Source of the DNA: Lama guanicoe
Taxonomy: Eukaryota
Assembly (NCBI GenBank): GCA_013239625.1
Contig: MU053652.1
Location: 6,377,902-6,441,901, forward strand
Length of the DNA stretch: 64,000 nucleotides
Direction: 5' to 3'
The position numbers were made by a program, and so were the translations under genes. The notes under the pieces are model-generated. The model was not told where the DNA came from and searched no databases. It saw only the letters and a program-made list of their open reading frames with translations. Below are positions 34,791-46,560 of this stretch, one piece after another. How positions within the stretch are numbered: the stretch's first letter is position 1; each line of letters begins with the position of its first letter.

Positions 34791-36552
34791 ATTGACAACA
34801 GATCAGTCATAAGCAGTTCTAGTATTTTCTCAATTATACTTTTCTGAGGTATGTAGAAATAAAATGAGTTTCTAATTGAAATTAGACATATGAAATAGCT
34901 ATTAGCCATTATGAAATATTATTAATTTCTTATGGAAAGTGGATTTTTTTCTGAAATGGGTTAATAAAACTCTTATTCAATTCTGTGCTCTTAGAACCTA
35001 GCACATTGCCTGGCATGTAGTAGACACTTTCTAACTGTTTATTGTTCAACTGCTGAGTTTGGCCTAAAATTATTTGAGATATGGATAGCAATATATTCAT
35101 TTTTGCAATCCCTGATTAATTCATACAATATTTATTAAGAGCTGGACACTGGGCAGATAGTGGGCAATGAGTTTGGTATATTATTGGGCAGAAAAATCAA
35201 TCTAAAGTACCAAGGAGAGAGAAAGGGTGCTTTATTGTTCCAGGTGTTTTATACCTGATTGATTATAATCTGTACCTAGTAGAGGGGAGTGAAGATATTC
35301 CTCTTGAGATTTATCCTAAACTGATATTAATCCAAATTTAACATACTTCTCAGGAGACACCTGACTACTCGCAGTTTGTTACAGTTTTTAGAGCATCTGG
35401 AGCTAGAAGGGCAAGTGTCCCTCTGAGAACCATTTACTTTGAAAGTTTAAAGATCATTGTGAGTTTACAGATAATTAGTGGTTCTTTTCTTGGCCAAACA
35501 CACTCTCTTAGGCTGCATTTAAAGACCCAGTGAATCTTTCATAGTACTGGAAGACTCACTGGTCTAATAAAATACCCAATTTGGTACATCATACTCAGTT
35601 TAGTGATTTCTGGAAATTATTAAGCTAATAGATTTCAGATACAGGTTGTGATAACTTAATGCTACTTATCTTAAAAAGCAGCTTGTATACTAAGATGTAC
35701 ACACTTATAAGCTCTATTCTCACCCAGAAGAACCTATATTTTAAGAATATAGGTTCATTTAGTGCCTCAATTCACCACTTATTCACTAATACTCATTTCT
35801 CTAAGATCATAAAAACAAGTCATCCCTGTATTAAAACAGTGAAATAAAATGTGTAGAATCAAAATGTCACATTTGCAACAGCTTATAAAAATATTTAAAA
35901 ATTCTCATTCTGCTTTAAGTTGAATATCATAAGTCACTTCTCTTTCTTCTTTAATGAGAGTTGTCTCAGAGAGTTAAGGTTTCATTTCTACTTAGACCTA
36001 AGACCTCAGTACTGCTTGGTGATTCCTGGCATCCTGTGTCTGAGGCTCTTTTTTGTTATCTTCACAATTGACCTATACTTTTTACATTTAGGAACCCAGT
36101 GATGTCAGGGATGTGCTCCTGAATACACACAGTACCTGAGAGACATGCTCTAGTCTGCACGATTTAAAGAACCCGGTATCCTGTCCCTTTTACTTTCCCA
36201 AGTTCTCGTCTTGGTTCTGTAACTCCAGCCCTGGTTGACTTTTTACTTTTAGAAGTCAGAAATATGCCTCTGCCTAATTATGTCAAGAAATGTTAAAAAA
36301 ATTAAATATAAGCATTTTTAAGGTCACTCTTTCATAAAATGTGAGGTTGTCCCTAAAGCATTTTCTCTGGTTCTCTTAGGTGCTTGTGAGTTTTTTTTTT
36401 CTTTCTCCATTTTCTTTTTTCCTTTTTTTTCAATTGAAAGTTGTAAAAGCTTAGCTTTAAGATCTGGCAACATCCTATATGTATCCCCCATATAAACAGC
36501 TTCACTTCCAGAAGGCTAAGGTTCATAGGGGTTTAAACATTCCTCTATCAAA

Positions 36553-36739
36553 AGAGCTCTCAATCCTGTATGCAATTAGAATCACCTGGGGGTGGTGGGG
36601 GGGGGGAGGTGTTAAACAACTGATGCTTGGACCGCACCCCCATCAGAGATTCTGATTGGCCATGGGTGGGACTCAGGCATGGCAATTTTAGAAGCTCCAA
36701 AAAGGATTCCAATATGCAAGCAAGGCTGAGAAGCAATCT
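36553..36739. mobile_element. MER5A (hAT-Charlie) MITE with an expanded G tract
   Basis: attagaatcacctgggg…gatgcttggaccgcaccccc…agagattctgatt…caggcatggcaattttagaagctcc…gattccaatatgca…ggctgagaa. Confidence 0.85.
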
Positions 36740-37364
36740 ATTCATTCTAAATAAGATATTCTGGTTTTATGGAGAAGATATTTGACCTCCTCCCGAGCCC
36801 ATCTTTTTAGAAAGAATTCTGCAGGCAGAAGAATCTGAGCTGCATTGTGAGAACTCATAAAGTTCTCGTGGCCACGTATCCTCCTTATTCTCGCACCTCC
36901 ACCCACCATGACACCTGTTTTTTTCTCAGCAAGCATAAGTGGCAGAGCCTCCTCAGAAGGGACCTATCACTTTGAAGAATTTCCATGTGCCAGGTCTCTT
37001 TCCAGTATGAAACAGGACAAAAAATTCTCTCGCATGTGCACTCGTGGGCTGCACAATTCTTTCAGTACCTATAATGAACTTACCCCAGACACATGACATA
37101 TATATACGGTTTACCCCAAAATACTGGACATACAGTAATAACTAATAAAATGCCTGGGAGTGTTTAAGGGGCATGATCTGAATTCTTACTGCATGAATGA
37201 ACAATGCATTTTCAATTTGGACACTGTGAAAAACGATACCACTCACGAACTGTGATTCAAACCTCTACTGAACGGCAGTTCCAGGAATTGAGAAAATCAC
37301 GTAAGTTGTAATAAATTTCATGGTGCAAAACCTGATCTTGAGCAACTACCACTGAACCACAGCT

Positions 37365-38020
37365 GACCCAAACCATTACCACATGGGTCATTCCTTTACT
37401 TATCTGTAACCTCCCACTCCAACAGTAAGAACCTGGCTTCCACCCTCTGCCATCTGTATACTTAATTATCCAATTCCAGTATATACATGTATAATGGTAT
37501 TAGAGTGGTGAACTCTTACCCCCATGGGAAACAAGCCTGCTAACTAACTCATATTGTTTATGTACAGTTCCTTTTATCTTTAGGCTTTCAGTTTCCAGTC
37601 ACACCGTTTTCAAAGTTTGTTAGGTCAGCACGTTTTTCCCCACCACCCTCTTCAGTGAGGTTATGTCATAAAGATATAATACAGCTATATTCTTATCCAT
37701 AATTTTTGCGTGAATTAATATCTTGTGAATCCATTCTATGTTATTCTATGGACGTACCATGGTTTGTTTCTGTATTTACCTATTTTAGACACCTTGGTTT
37801 CTTTCATGTTTTGGTGATCATGAATAAAGTTGCTATGAACACTCCTGTGCAGGTTTTTGTTTGAACATAAGTTTTCAGATCAGCTGGGTGAATATCTAGG
37901 AATACAACTGCTGGATTGTATGGTAAATCTATGTTTAACTTTATCAAAAATTTCAAAACTGTCTTCCAAAGTAGCTGTACAACTTTGTGTTTCTACCAAC
38001 AATGAGTGAGAGTTCTTGTA
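37365..38020 (-). mobile_element. L1MC-type 3' UTR plus ORF2 end
   Basis: cttatctgtaacctcccactccaacagtaagaacctggct…cccccatgggaaacaa…tatgtacagttccttt; then gaataaagttgctatgaac…ctgctggattgtatggtaa. Confidence 0.8.
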
Positions 38021-38569
38021 ACAGGTACTAAAACACTATTCTAGACTTTCCTTGTCAGGCAGTACAGTGGGTGAGAGGGGCCAGTAATTAATGTTGACAT
38101 AAGAAATAAAAATCAGGCCAAAATCTCAGGGAGGGATAAAACATTGGGAATATAGGACAAGCTGTATTAAACATAAATATGCTCATTTTATTGACGTACG
38201 CATAACGACATTATTCTTGATTAGTAGTACACAATGAGTCAAGTTCAGTTATTTGACAGTTTCCCCATGAGGACATATCACTACCATTGTTTTTATTTTC
38301 CCCTAGATATTTTGACTATGGACATAAAATAGGATTATTTTAAATTTAAAAAGTCTAAATATCTTAGCAATAACTGAAGATAATTAACATATTACTATAT
38401 ATTAAAGACCATTTTAGACATGAACGATACAAATTTTTTTAGATCATGACTAATACAGATTGTGACTTGAGCACTTTGATTTTTATCAGTCACATCTAAC
38501 ACTTAATGACACATTTCTCAATTTTTCTTTTCTTTCATTCCATTCTCATGTTTAGTCAACAACAGCTCT

Positions 38570-38975
38570 AATTATTAGTTACTTTAGTCCATCAGAAGAG
38601 AAAAGCTTCAACATATATGAATTCGATTTGATTGTTTTCTTTATCTTATTGACTTGAAAGAGTTCCTTATATATTAGGAGGTCAAATTCTTTGTTAGATA
38701 CATATATGCAAAAATTCTCTCAGTCTATGGCTCTCCTATTTGTTTTCTAAATAGTTACTTTCAATGAGCAGAAGTTTTTGATTCTGATGAAGTCTAATTT
38801 ATCAACTATTTCTTTTATGGATTAGTTCTTTATGCATCTTTTGTAAAGGAAAAAAATGTTTGCCTTGACACGAAGTCTCAAAGATGTTCTGTGTTTTCTG
38901 ATAGAAGTTTACATATTTAGATTCAGCTTTTACCTTTATCTATGATCTTCCTAAAGTTAATTTTTTGTTATTCAC
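38570..38975 (-). mobile_element. L1M ORF2 fragment
   Basis: gagttccttatatatt…gcagaagtttttgattctgatgaagtctaatttatc. Confidence 0.7.
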
Positions 38976-38984
38976 TTGCTATTT

Positions 38985-40290
38985 TTATTAATTATTAAAA
39001 AACTGAAATACAACTCACTCACAGTATTATATTAGTCTCAGGGGTACCACATGATAGTTTGATGTTACGTGTTATGAAAATGATCACCACAATAGATTGA
39101 GTTACCATCTGTCATTATACAAAGTGACTACAATATTCTTGACTTTTATTCCCTACATTGTGTATTTCATCCCCATGACTTATTTATTTTATAACTTGAA
39201 GTTGGTACTTCTTAATCCCTTTCCCCTATTTTACCTATCACCCCACTCCCCTCCCCTCTAGCAGCCACCAGATTATTCTCTGTATCTGAGTCTGTTTCTG
39301 TTTTATTATGTTTGTACATTTGTTTTGTTTTTTAGATTTCATATACAGGTGAAATAATATGGTATTTGTCTTTCTCTTACTTATTTCACTTAGCATAATA
39401 CTCTAGGTCCATCCATATTGTCACAAATGGCAAGATTTCAGTTTTTTAATTGCTGAGTAGTATTCCATTTGTTATATATGTACCACTACATCTTAATCAA
39501 TATATCTATCTATGAACATTTAGGTTGCTTCCATATCTTAGCTACTGTAAATAATGCTACAATGAACACTGGAACACACATATCTTTTCAAATTAGTGTT
39601 TTTATTTTCTTCAGATAAATACTGAGAAATAAAATTGCTGGATCTTAATGTGGTTCTATTTTCAATTTTTTGAGGAACCACCATGCTGTTTTCCAAAGTG
39701 GCTGCACCTATGTATATTTCCACCAATCATGTGTAAGGGTTCCCTTTCCTCCATGTCTTTGTCAATACTTCATTTTTTGTTGTCTCTTTGATAACAGCTA
39801 TTCTGACAGGTGTGAGTTGATATCTCACTGTGGTTTTGATTTGCATTTCCCCAATGATTAGTGATGTTGAGAATCTTTTCATGTTTTGCTTGGAAACACA
39901 TGTTTTCCTTGGAAAACTGTCCATTTAAGTCCTCTGTCCATTTTTAAATCTGATTTGTTTTTTCATATTGAGTTGACAGTTCTTTATATATTTTGTATAT
40001 TAACACCTTATGAAACATATAATTTGAAAATACCTTCTCTCATTCATCAGGTTGCCTTCTTGCTTTGTGAATGGTTTCTTTTTCTGCGTAAAAGCCTTTT
40101 AGTTTGATGTAGTCTCCCTTGATTATTTTTGCTTTTGTCTCCCTTGCTTGGGGAGACATATCTAAAAATTACTGTTAAGACTGATGTCAAAGGTCATACT
40201 GCCTATGTTTTCTTCTCGAAGTCTGATGGTTTCAGGTCTTACATTTAAGTTTTATTCCACTCTGAGTCTATTTTTGTGTATGGTGCAAGA
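38985..40290 (-). mobile_element. L1 (5'-truncated): ORF2 C-terminus pseudogene plus 3' UTR
   Basis: ORF track 39727-39924(-) gives [32 protein letters not shown], matching the L1 ORF2p C-terminal motif ([29 protein letters not shown]); 3' UTR motifs run to ~38985. Confidence 0.93.
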
Positions 40291-42129
40291 AAGTCTACAG
40301 GTTTACTTCTAATTAAATTATATTGAGTAAAAATCAGATTTCAAAAGTATTTTGTTGACTGAAGTGCTTCTCTAAGTAGCTATTTTCTTTATGAAAGAAC
40401 AGAAAGATCTCAACTAGATATGTTTTCCTAATGACTTTTATACTTTGGTTTTAAAAAAGTGTTCCCTATTAATGCTGCTATATACTGAATATTGCATTAA
40501 ACATTATTCCCAACCTCCATCCTCAAATAACCCAATTTTGCTTTTGGAAAAGTTGCCCACTTTTTGCCTCTCATTTTAGCCAAAAAATCTTTTTGATAAA
40601 AGTAGATTTACAAAAGTGTTTAATGTAAATAAAATATAGATGAAATGAAGCAAGATGCCAAACACTGTAAGTAGATGAAAAGGATCTGGGAACAAACATG
40701 GGCTGAAATATCACATGGAACCAGAACTGAGGCTGATAAAAAAAACATACCCTGACAACTTTATAGTTAACAGCAACAGAACCCTAGTAAACCTTTATGA
40801 TCAGTTATATATAATTCACAGGGTCCAAAAGAGAAAATAAAACAAATTAACTAGAAAAGACACAAGTACTGATGATACTAAAATGATAAACTTCTCCCAA
40901 AAATCTTCATAAAGAAAATACTTTCCACTCCAGTAGCTTTTTGACAGTAATTCTAGCAGCAATATCCACTCTAACCCTTAATGTAGTCCTTCATCTCCTC
41001 ATACCAAAGCACAGTCAGTAAAAGCAGTGATGCCTGTAGTATGTGGATGTCAGTGTGTGGTCCATGCCCTTCATTGTGTGTGTCTGGCTCAGGTGTAATG
41101 GGGACGGGGTGTGGCAAGTTGGGGCTAATCAAATAATACTGAGGTTCAGCACTTGACCTTGTGTGTTTTGCGAGTCCCTTGGTGGTAAGTAAGAATCTAG
41201 CAGAATGGTTGTATTAAGTATCCTTCAGAAAATTCTCCCTGAACATAGCTTATTTTAGCTAAGTTTTAACAGCTATCTAGTGGTGTGAAGTTCAAAACTA
41301 TGTTCTGTTGTAAAGTTTAAAATCTGACACAACTTCAATTCCATTCCCATGGTTCTGAACGGTATCAAGAGTGAAGTCTGCTGTTTTACTTTTTGTGTCA
41401 CTGCTGTATGATTTCTTCAGCCTCAGAATTCTCCCCTAACTCATCTACATTGTAGAAGCCCATCTCCAGCCTAGTGAGCAATGCATCCTTTCCAAAGAAC
41501 CTTTAATTCATACGTTGTATTGAGCTGGGATTTCTCTAAATGATCATTTAGGTTGGGGTTGTGATAATGTGCATTTTCTATGAAGGCAATTTGTGAAAAA
41601 TCAACTTAATGAGCAGTGAACATGGTCTTGATTATTTAGACAGACACAGAATTGGGTCAAATATTTCTCATTTTACCATATTTCTAATTTGTGCAATTTG
41701 AGACTTTCGTAAGGGAGGAGTCTTCTTTGTTTGAATTAATAATTTTGTTAATATAATCATTCATAAATCAATATAAATAAGTCACAGACTTTTCTTCATT
41801 CCAACAACAAAGCTGCAAGATTAATCTCTCATAGGCAGATAATAGGTACATGGCGTCTAATAGGAGATTAAACTTGTTGACCTCTGAGCTCCCAATTCAC
41901 ACTGAGAAGCTATTATCCTGTGACTCTTCTTTGCACTTATAACTACTTTCTGATCAGGAAATCATAATGAATATGGCATGAAGACCAAAACCTTTGCCCT
42001 ACTCCCCAATCTGAGTTGCCTTTCATAGTTAAAGAAATCATTACGCCCTCCCCAACTATACAGTGCTCTGTACAGTGTCTGTACTTAGCTCATGCTTGTA
42101 CCTCTTCCTCACACAGCTCAAATCTTACC

Positions 42130-42240
42130 TCCTCCTTCTTTTTCCTCTTCCTCCCTCTCTCCCTCTACCTCGCCTCTTATTCCTCTTTCTAGTCCTCTTC
42201 CTCTTCTCCTTCTTTTATTTATTTATTTATTTACTTACTC
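42130..42240. repeat. CT-rich and (TTTA)n simple repeat (decayed poly(A) tail of the adjacent L1)
   Basis: Seen directly. Confidence 0.8.
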
Positions 42241-42384
42241 ACTTACTTTATCGCAGTATGATTCCTGTACGGTAAACTACACATATTTCAGATGTACACT
42301 TTGGTGAATTTTGATAGATCTATACACCAATGAAACCACTGCCATGATCAAGATACCTGACATTTCCGTCACTCCCCAAGAAGT
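42241..42384 (-). mobile_element. L1MB/MC-type extreme 3' end
   Basis: tgtacactttggtgaattttga…tatacacc…aaccactgccatgatcaagata…catttccgtcactcccca. Confidence 0.7.
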
Positions 42385-42725
42385 GTAAATTTCAAACTCC
42401 CAATTTATCCTTTCCCACCCACTTTACCCTCTGAGTAAACTCATACTTAACCGTGAGTCTGTTCTCTGTGTCTGTGAGTCTATTTCTGTTTTGTAAATAA
42501 GTTAATTTGTGTCTTTTTTTTTTTTTAGATTCCACATATAAGCAATATCATATGGTGTTTTTCTTTCTCTTCTGGCTTACTTCACTTAGAATGATGATTT
42601 CCAGGTCCATCCATGTTGCTGCAAATGGCATTTTTAAATTCCTCTTTATGGCTGAGTAGTATTCCACTGTATAAATATACCACATCTTCTTTATCCAGTC
42701 ATCTGTAGATGGTGATTGTTTCCAA
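42385..42725 (-). mobile_element. Camelid-type L1 3' region lacking its terminal tail
   Basis: caaactcccaatttatcc…gtctgtgagtctatttctgttttgtaaataag…ttagattccacatataagc…ttctggcttacttcacttagaatga; homologous to the reverse complement of the first half of 52454-52864. Confidence 0.85.
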
Positions 42726-45633
42726 CCTAATCCTTCTTATTCTTGAAATGCATGAACACAGTCTTTGTTAATTTGTTGGCCAGTATTTTATCTGTAATGA
42801 AGTTCTTCTAGTCCATTGTCCTGCGCCTCATGCTCTACAATAACCCTCCAGGTTGTAAACCTATATTATTTTTGCCTTAATTCCTCATCACCATCCTAAC
42901 GTCATCTAGGGACATATACCTTACTGCCAGAAAGATAATTCATAATAAATAAGGCCCCTATGGCAACTAGCTTCAGAAGACGACAGTGGAAGGTATCAAC
43001 TTATTAACCATGTCTTCTGTGAACCCTGAGCCAAGTCTTTTTCTATGGCTTGCTATTAGGCCAGAAAATTATTTGTGTGCACAGATTCAGGACAACAGAA
43101 ACTTTGGAACTGAAGGCAACTTATATGCTTGTTCTTTGTTTACACTTTGTGTTGGCTCTGCCTCTTGCCACTGGTATCAGGGATATGCAGGCTGTTTGCA
43201 CATCGAGATCCCTCTAATGGGTTTGAAATTTGTTATTCACAGGACTACTGAAAAAAATTCCTTCTTTGTCATTGTCAGTGTTTCAATTGCTTTCCGTTGA
43301 TTTTTGTTATTTAAAGTCTTTGGTACTTTTCTCTTTAATCTGTGTGATCTTTCATAGCCAGTCAAACATTTCTTCAAGATCCTTCTAAAGGCCACAGAAG
43401 ATCTCATGCAATTTTTCAAAAATTTCCTATGAGGCAGCATGTCTATTTGCCTAAGGTCAAACTCTCCACCATCACAGATCAAAATCAAGGTATTCCCATC
43501 TCAGGGGCTCAGAATGCCCCTATCTCAGATGCCCAAGGATGGCAACATTTTTATTTTTTGAGGTGAAGATAGATCTGACATTCTTTATATTCGAAGTACT
43601 TATGAAGTTTTCCATATATGCTGTAAATATATGATTTATTTATTCTCTTAGTTCTCTTTGCATTTCACAACTACATCACATTCTTTCTAGCTTGTTAAAG
43701 ATTATTTCCTAATAGAACCTGTCCTAACAGCAGGTATAATCTGAGTGTGATTTGAAGAGATTATGGGCAGGATTCCCTATACCTGAATTTCTATCATATC
43801 CTTTCATTCCATCACTCCTATTGCTTTATTCTGATGGTTCCAAAAGCTTTTCAATCTTTTTGAGGCATTTTTATTTAACGCAAACACACTCAAGAGTCTC
43901 GTCTTCTGTTATCACATCATAGTCAACTAAAAGCAGTTTTAGAATAAAATATGAACGACCTAAATTTTATTGATTATAAAAGAGAAGCATAACAAGAGAA
44001 AGGAAATGAGTGCAATAACAGCAGGTTCTGAAGAGCCAAGAATAACTTTCAGCTCCACATTTTTCTGTGAAACCATTTCTGCTTCTATATTTTTTCTGTT
44101 GCTCATGTTTTGTTTTATTTTTGACCTATGCAAAGGACAAATTTCTTGAAGAATTGCTCTGAGTTTCCTCCCTTGGTTTGGATAAGGGTTAGCAAATTTT
44201 ACGGTATTCTTTTTCCTGACTCATATTGTAAGAAAGAAATAATGTAAAATAATGTGATCAGTCACCATCAGATCCATTTAATCACGTCTATTTAATATTT
44301 ACATTCATAGAATTGTGGAAAAGTTGCTATTTAGAGAAATCACCCTTTAGCTATATATACATCTCATTTACTAAAAAAATATTTTTCTTGGATTTTTTTG
44401 AGGAAGAAATCTAAAAATTCTACTTAACTAAGTTTTACTATTTGTGTGTGTGTGGTTCTCCAGTGTTAGGTGCACAGTGCACATATAACAAGAACTTATT
44501 GACCGAAGACATAGTTTTATAAACTCGAAACAGATGGCTACATTTCCACAAATTGCAGGTAAAATGTAAAATGAAATACATTTTCTAAGGTTTGCAGATT
44601 TTGGCAAGTTAAAAAAAAATAATCACTGTTTTATTAAGCAGTGATAACACTGATATGTGTTCCTGACATTCTTCTCAAAATGTTGAAAGAAATAATGTAT
44701 TGAAAAATATTTCCCAAAACTATCCCATATATTCTTTGTAAGAATTATTTTCCTGTACATTTGCTACTATTTTATTGCTTTATTTCCTGGACCTGCTCAC
44801 TAAACTTAGTCAATCCATTCTGATAAATGACCATTCACAGAAGTTGCTACTTTCTATAAATATTATTGTCTGATTCAATTTTGTCACCTTATCCAACTTT
44901 TCAAAACTGTTTTATTTCCTGTCAGATCTTTAGTCATCTTGAATCTTGAGTAAAGTAGAATGTCAAAATACCAAATCATCCCTTCCATCCTTTTTTATTT
45001 TTATTCTCTGGCAGTTTCTGGTAAATGAAGGGACTGGTTTTAGCTATGTTAGGTTTGCTTGCCTTGAAAATGAGAATTCTTGTGCAGATAATGTACTCAT
45101 TTTTCATTGAAATAGCAGCAATTGAAACACTGGACAACACACTGGAAGATAAGATGACAGAAGAATTGTAATATATAGAAATCAATTCATTTTGAAAGCT
45201 AGAACCCACTCACCCAAGCCACAGTCTCACGAAAATAATATTTCAAGCTTTGCTTAATTTCTAGTGCCATGGTTTGTACTTTTGAGCTATTTACATATTA
45301 AGGGTCCATTTTAGATAAAGTATAAGAGCTGAAACTAATGGGCAGGAACCACGTTCTGTATAGCTGATCTGTTTTCTTTTTCCTAGTTGCATCAGACGAG
45401 CTCAGACTTCAGGCAATACTAAACAGTACAACGGAAGTCATATGTATCAAGCACGTAATAGATTCGAATAACACTTGCACATAGTTTAGCTTTAACAAGA
45501 ATCTTGTCTAAGTTCTGAGTCTAATTAGGTGGATTATAAATATATTATATATATTACATGTTTTTATATGTATATCATATACATTTATTACAATAAGATG
45601 TAACTTAACACAAAGAATTAACTAATTGCTAAT

Positions 45634-46560
45634 TGTGATATTGTGATTTATATGAACTATAATATTCGGTCATTCAAATATCTCAAATACATATTTATCG
45701 TATATATATTTGCTCTTCAGCCAGTTCCTGGCCTGGTTCTAGGAAATTTTGGAATTCCCTGAGAGATAAGAGCAATGGGAGCATCTTTTGTTATACTACT
45801 TGGTCTCTGGTCCTCAGTGCCTGACAATGCTTCAGTCCCATGAAAGCGAAATGGATGTCTTGTTATTCATAATATGCCCCTTTCTACCACAACTGGGTTT
45901 AAGTTAGCAAGGTGATTTTTGGAAAGCACCTAAAGATGGAGGCTGTTTGCCAAGAGAACCAATCTTTCAGTCCCACCCCCTGATTTCTGGGGAAGAGAGG
46001 GGGACTAACGGTTGAATTTAATCACCAATGACCAAGGACTTAATCAATCATACCTATGTGATGAAGCCTCCATAAAACTCCAAAGGGGTGGGTTCAAAGA
46101 GCTTCCAGTTTAGGGAACCAGAAAGCTTCCACATGCTACAGTCCTGGGCCCCAAATTCCATGAGCTCCTTTGTTAGAGATCTTACCCTACACATCTCTTC
46201 ATCTGGCTGTTCGTTGTTACCCTTTAACATCTTTTGCAATAAATCGGCAATCTAGTGAGTAGATGGGTCCCCTGAGTTCTATGAGCCTCTCCAAGAATTG
46301 ATCAAAACTAACAAGGGGCTCATGGGAACCTCCAATCTGTAGCCTGGTAGTCAGAAGCACAGCTAACAGCCTGGGCTTGCAATTCACCTCTAAATTGGGG
46401 GGCAGTCTTATGGGACCGAGTCCTTTACCTTTGGAATCTGATGTCATCTCCTGGTTAATAGTGTCAGAATTGAGTTGAATTGTAGGACACTCAGTTTGTG
46501 TTTTGAGCATTGCTTGACAATGTTGGGAGAAAATTAGAATTGGGTGCAGAACTCAGAATA
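45634..46560 (+). mobile_element. MER21-type (ERVL) solo LTR
   Basis: Starts tgtgatattgtga; contains aatcaatcatacctatgtgatgaagcctccataaaa, catctcttcatctggctgtt, AATAAA and tagtgtcagaattgagttgaattgtaggacac; 5-bp TSD CTAAT at 45629-45633 and 46561-46565. Confidence 0.9.

Noticed and set aside
39538..40107. ORFs with clear protein similarity
   Set aside because: Frameshifted remnants of L1 ORF2p and their antisense frames, not a host gene.
45213..45328. Possible minus-strand exon encoding MALEIKQSLKYYFRETVAW with a GTGAGT donor
   Set aside because: Weak acceptor, an upstream out-of-context ATG, unrecognised peptide and no supporting minus-strand exons.
46054..46510. Two minus-strand ORFs (61 and 97 aa)
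   Set aside because: They lie wholly within the MER21-type LTR, which is non-coding.
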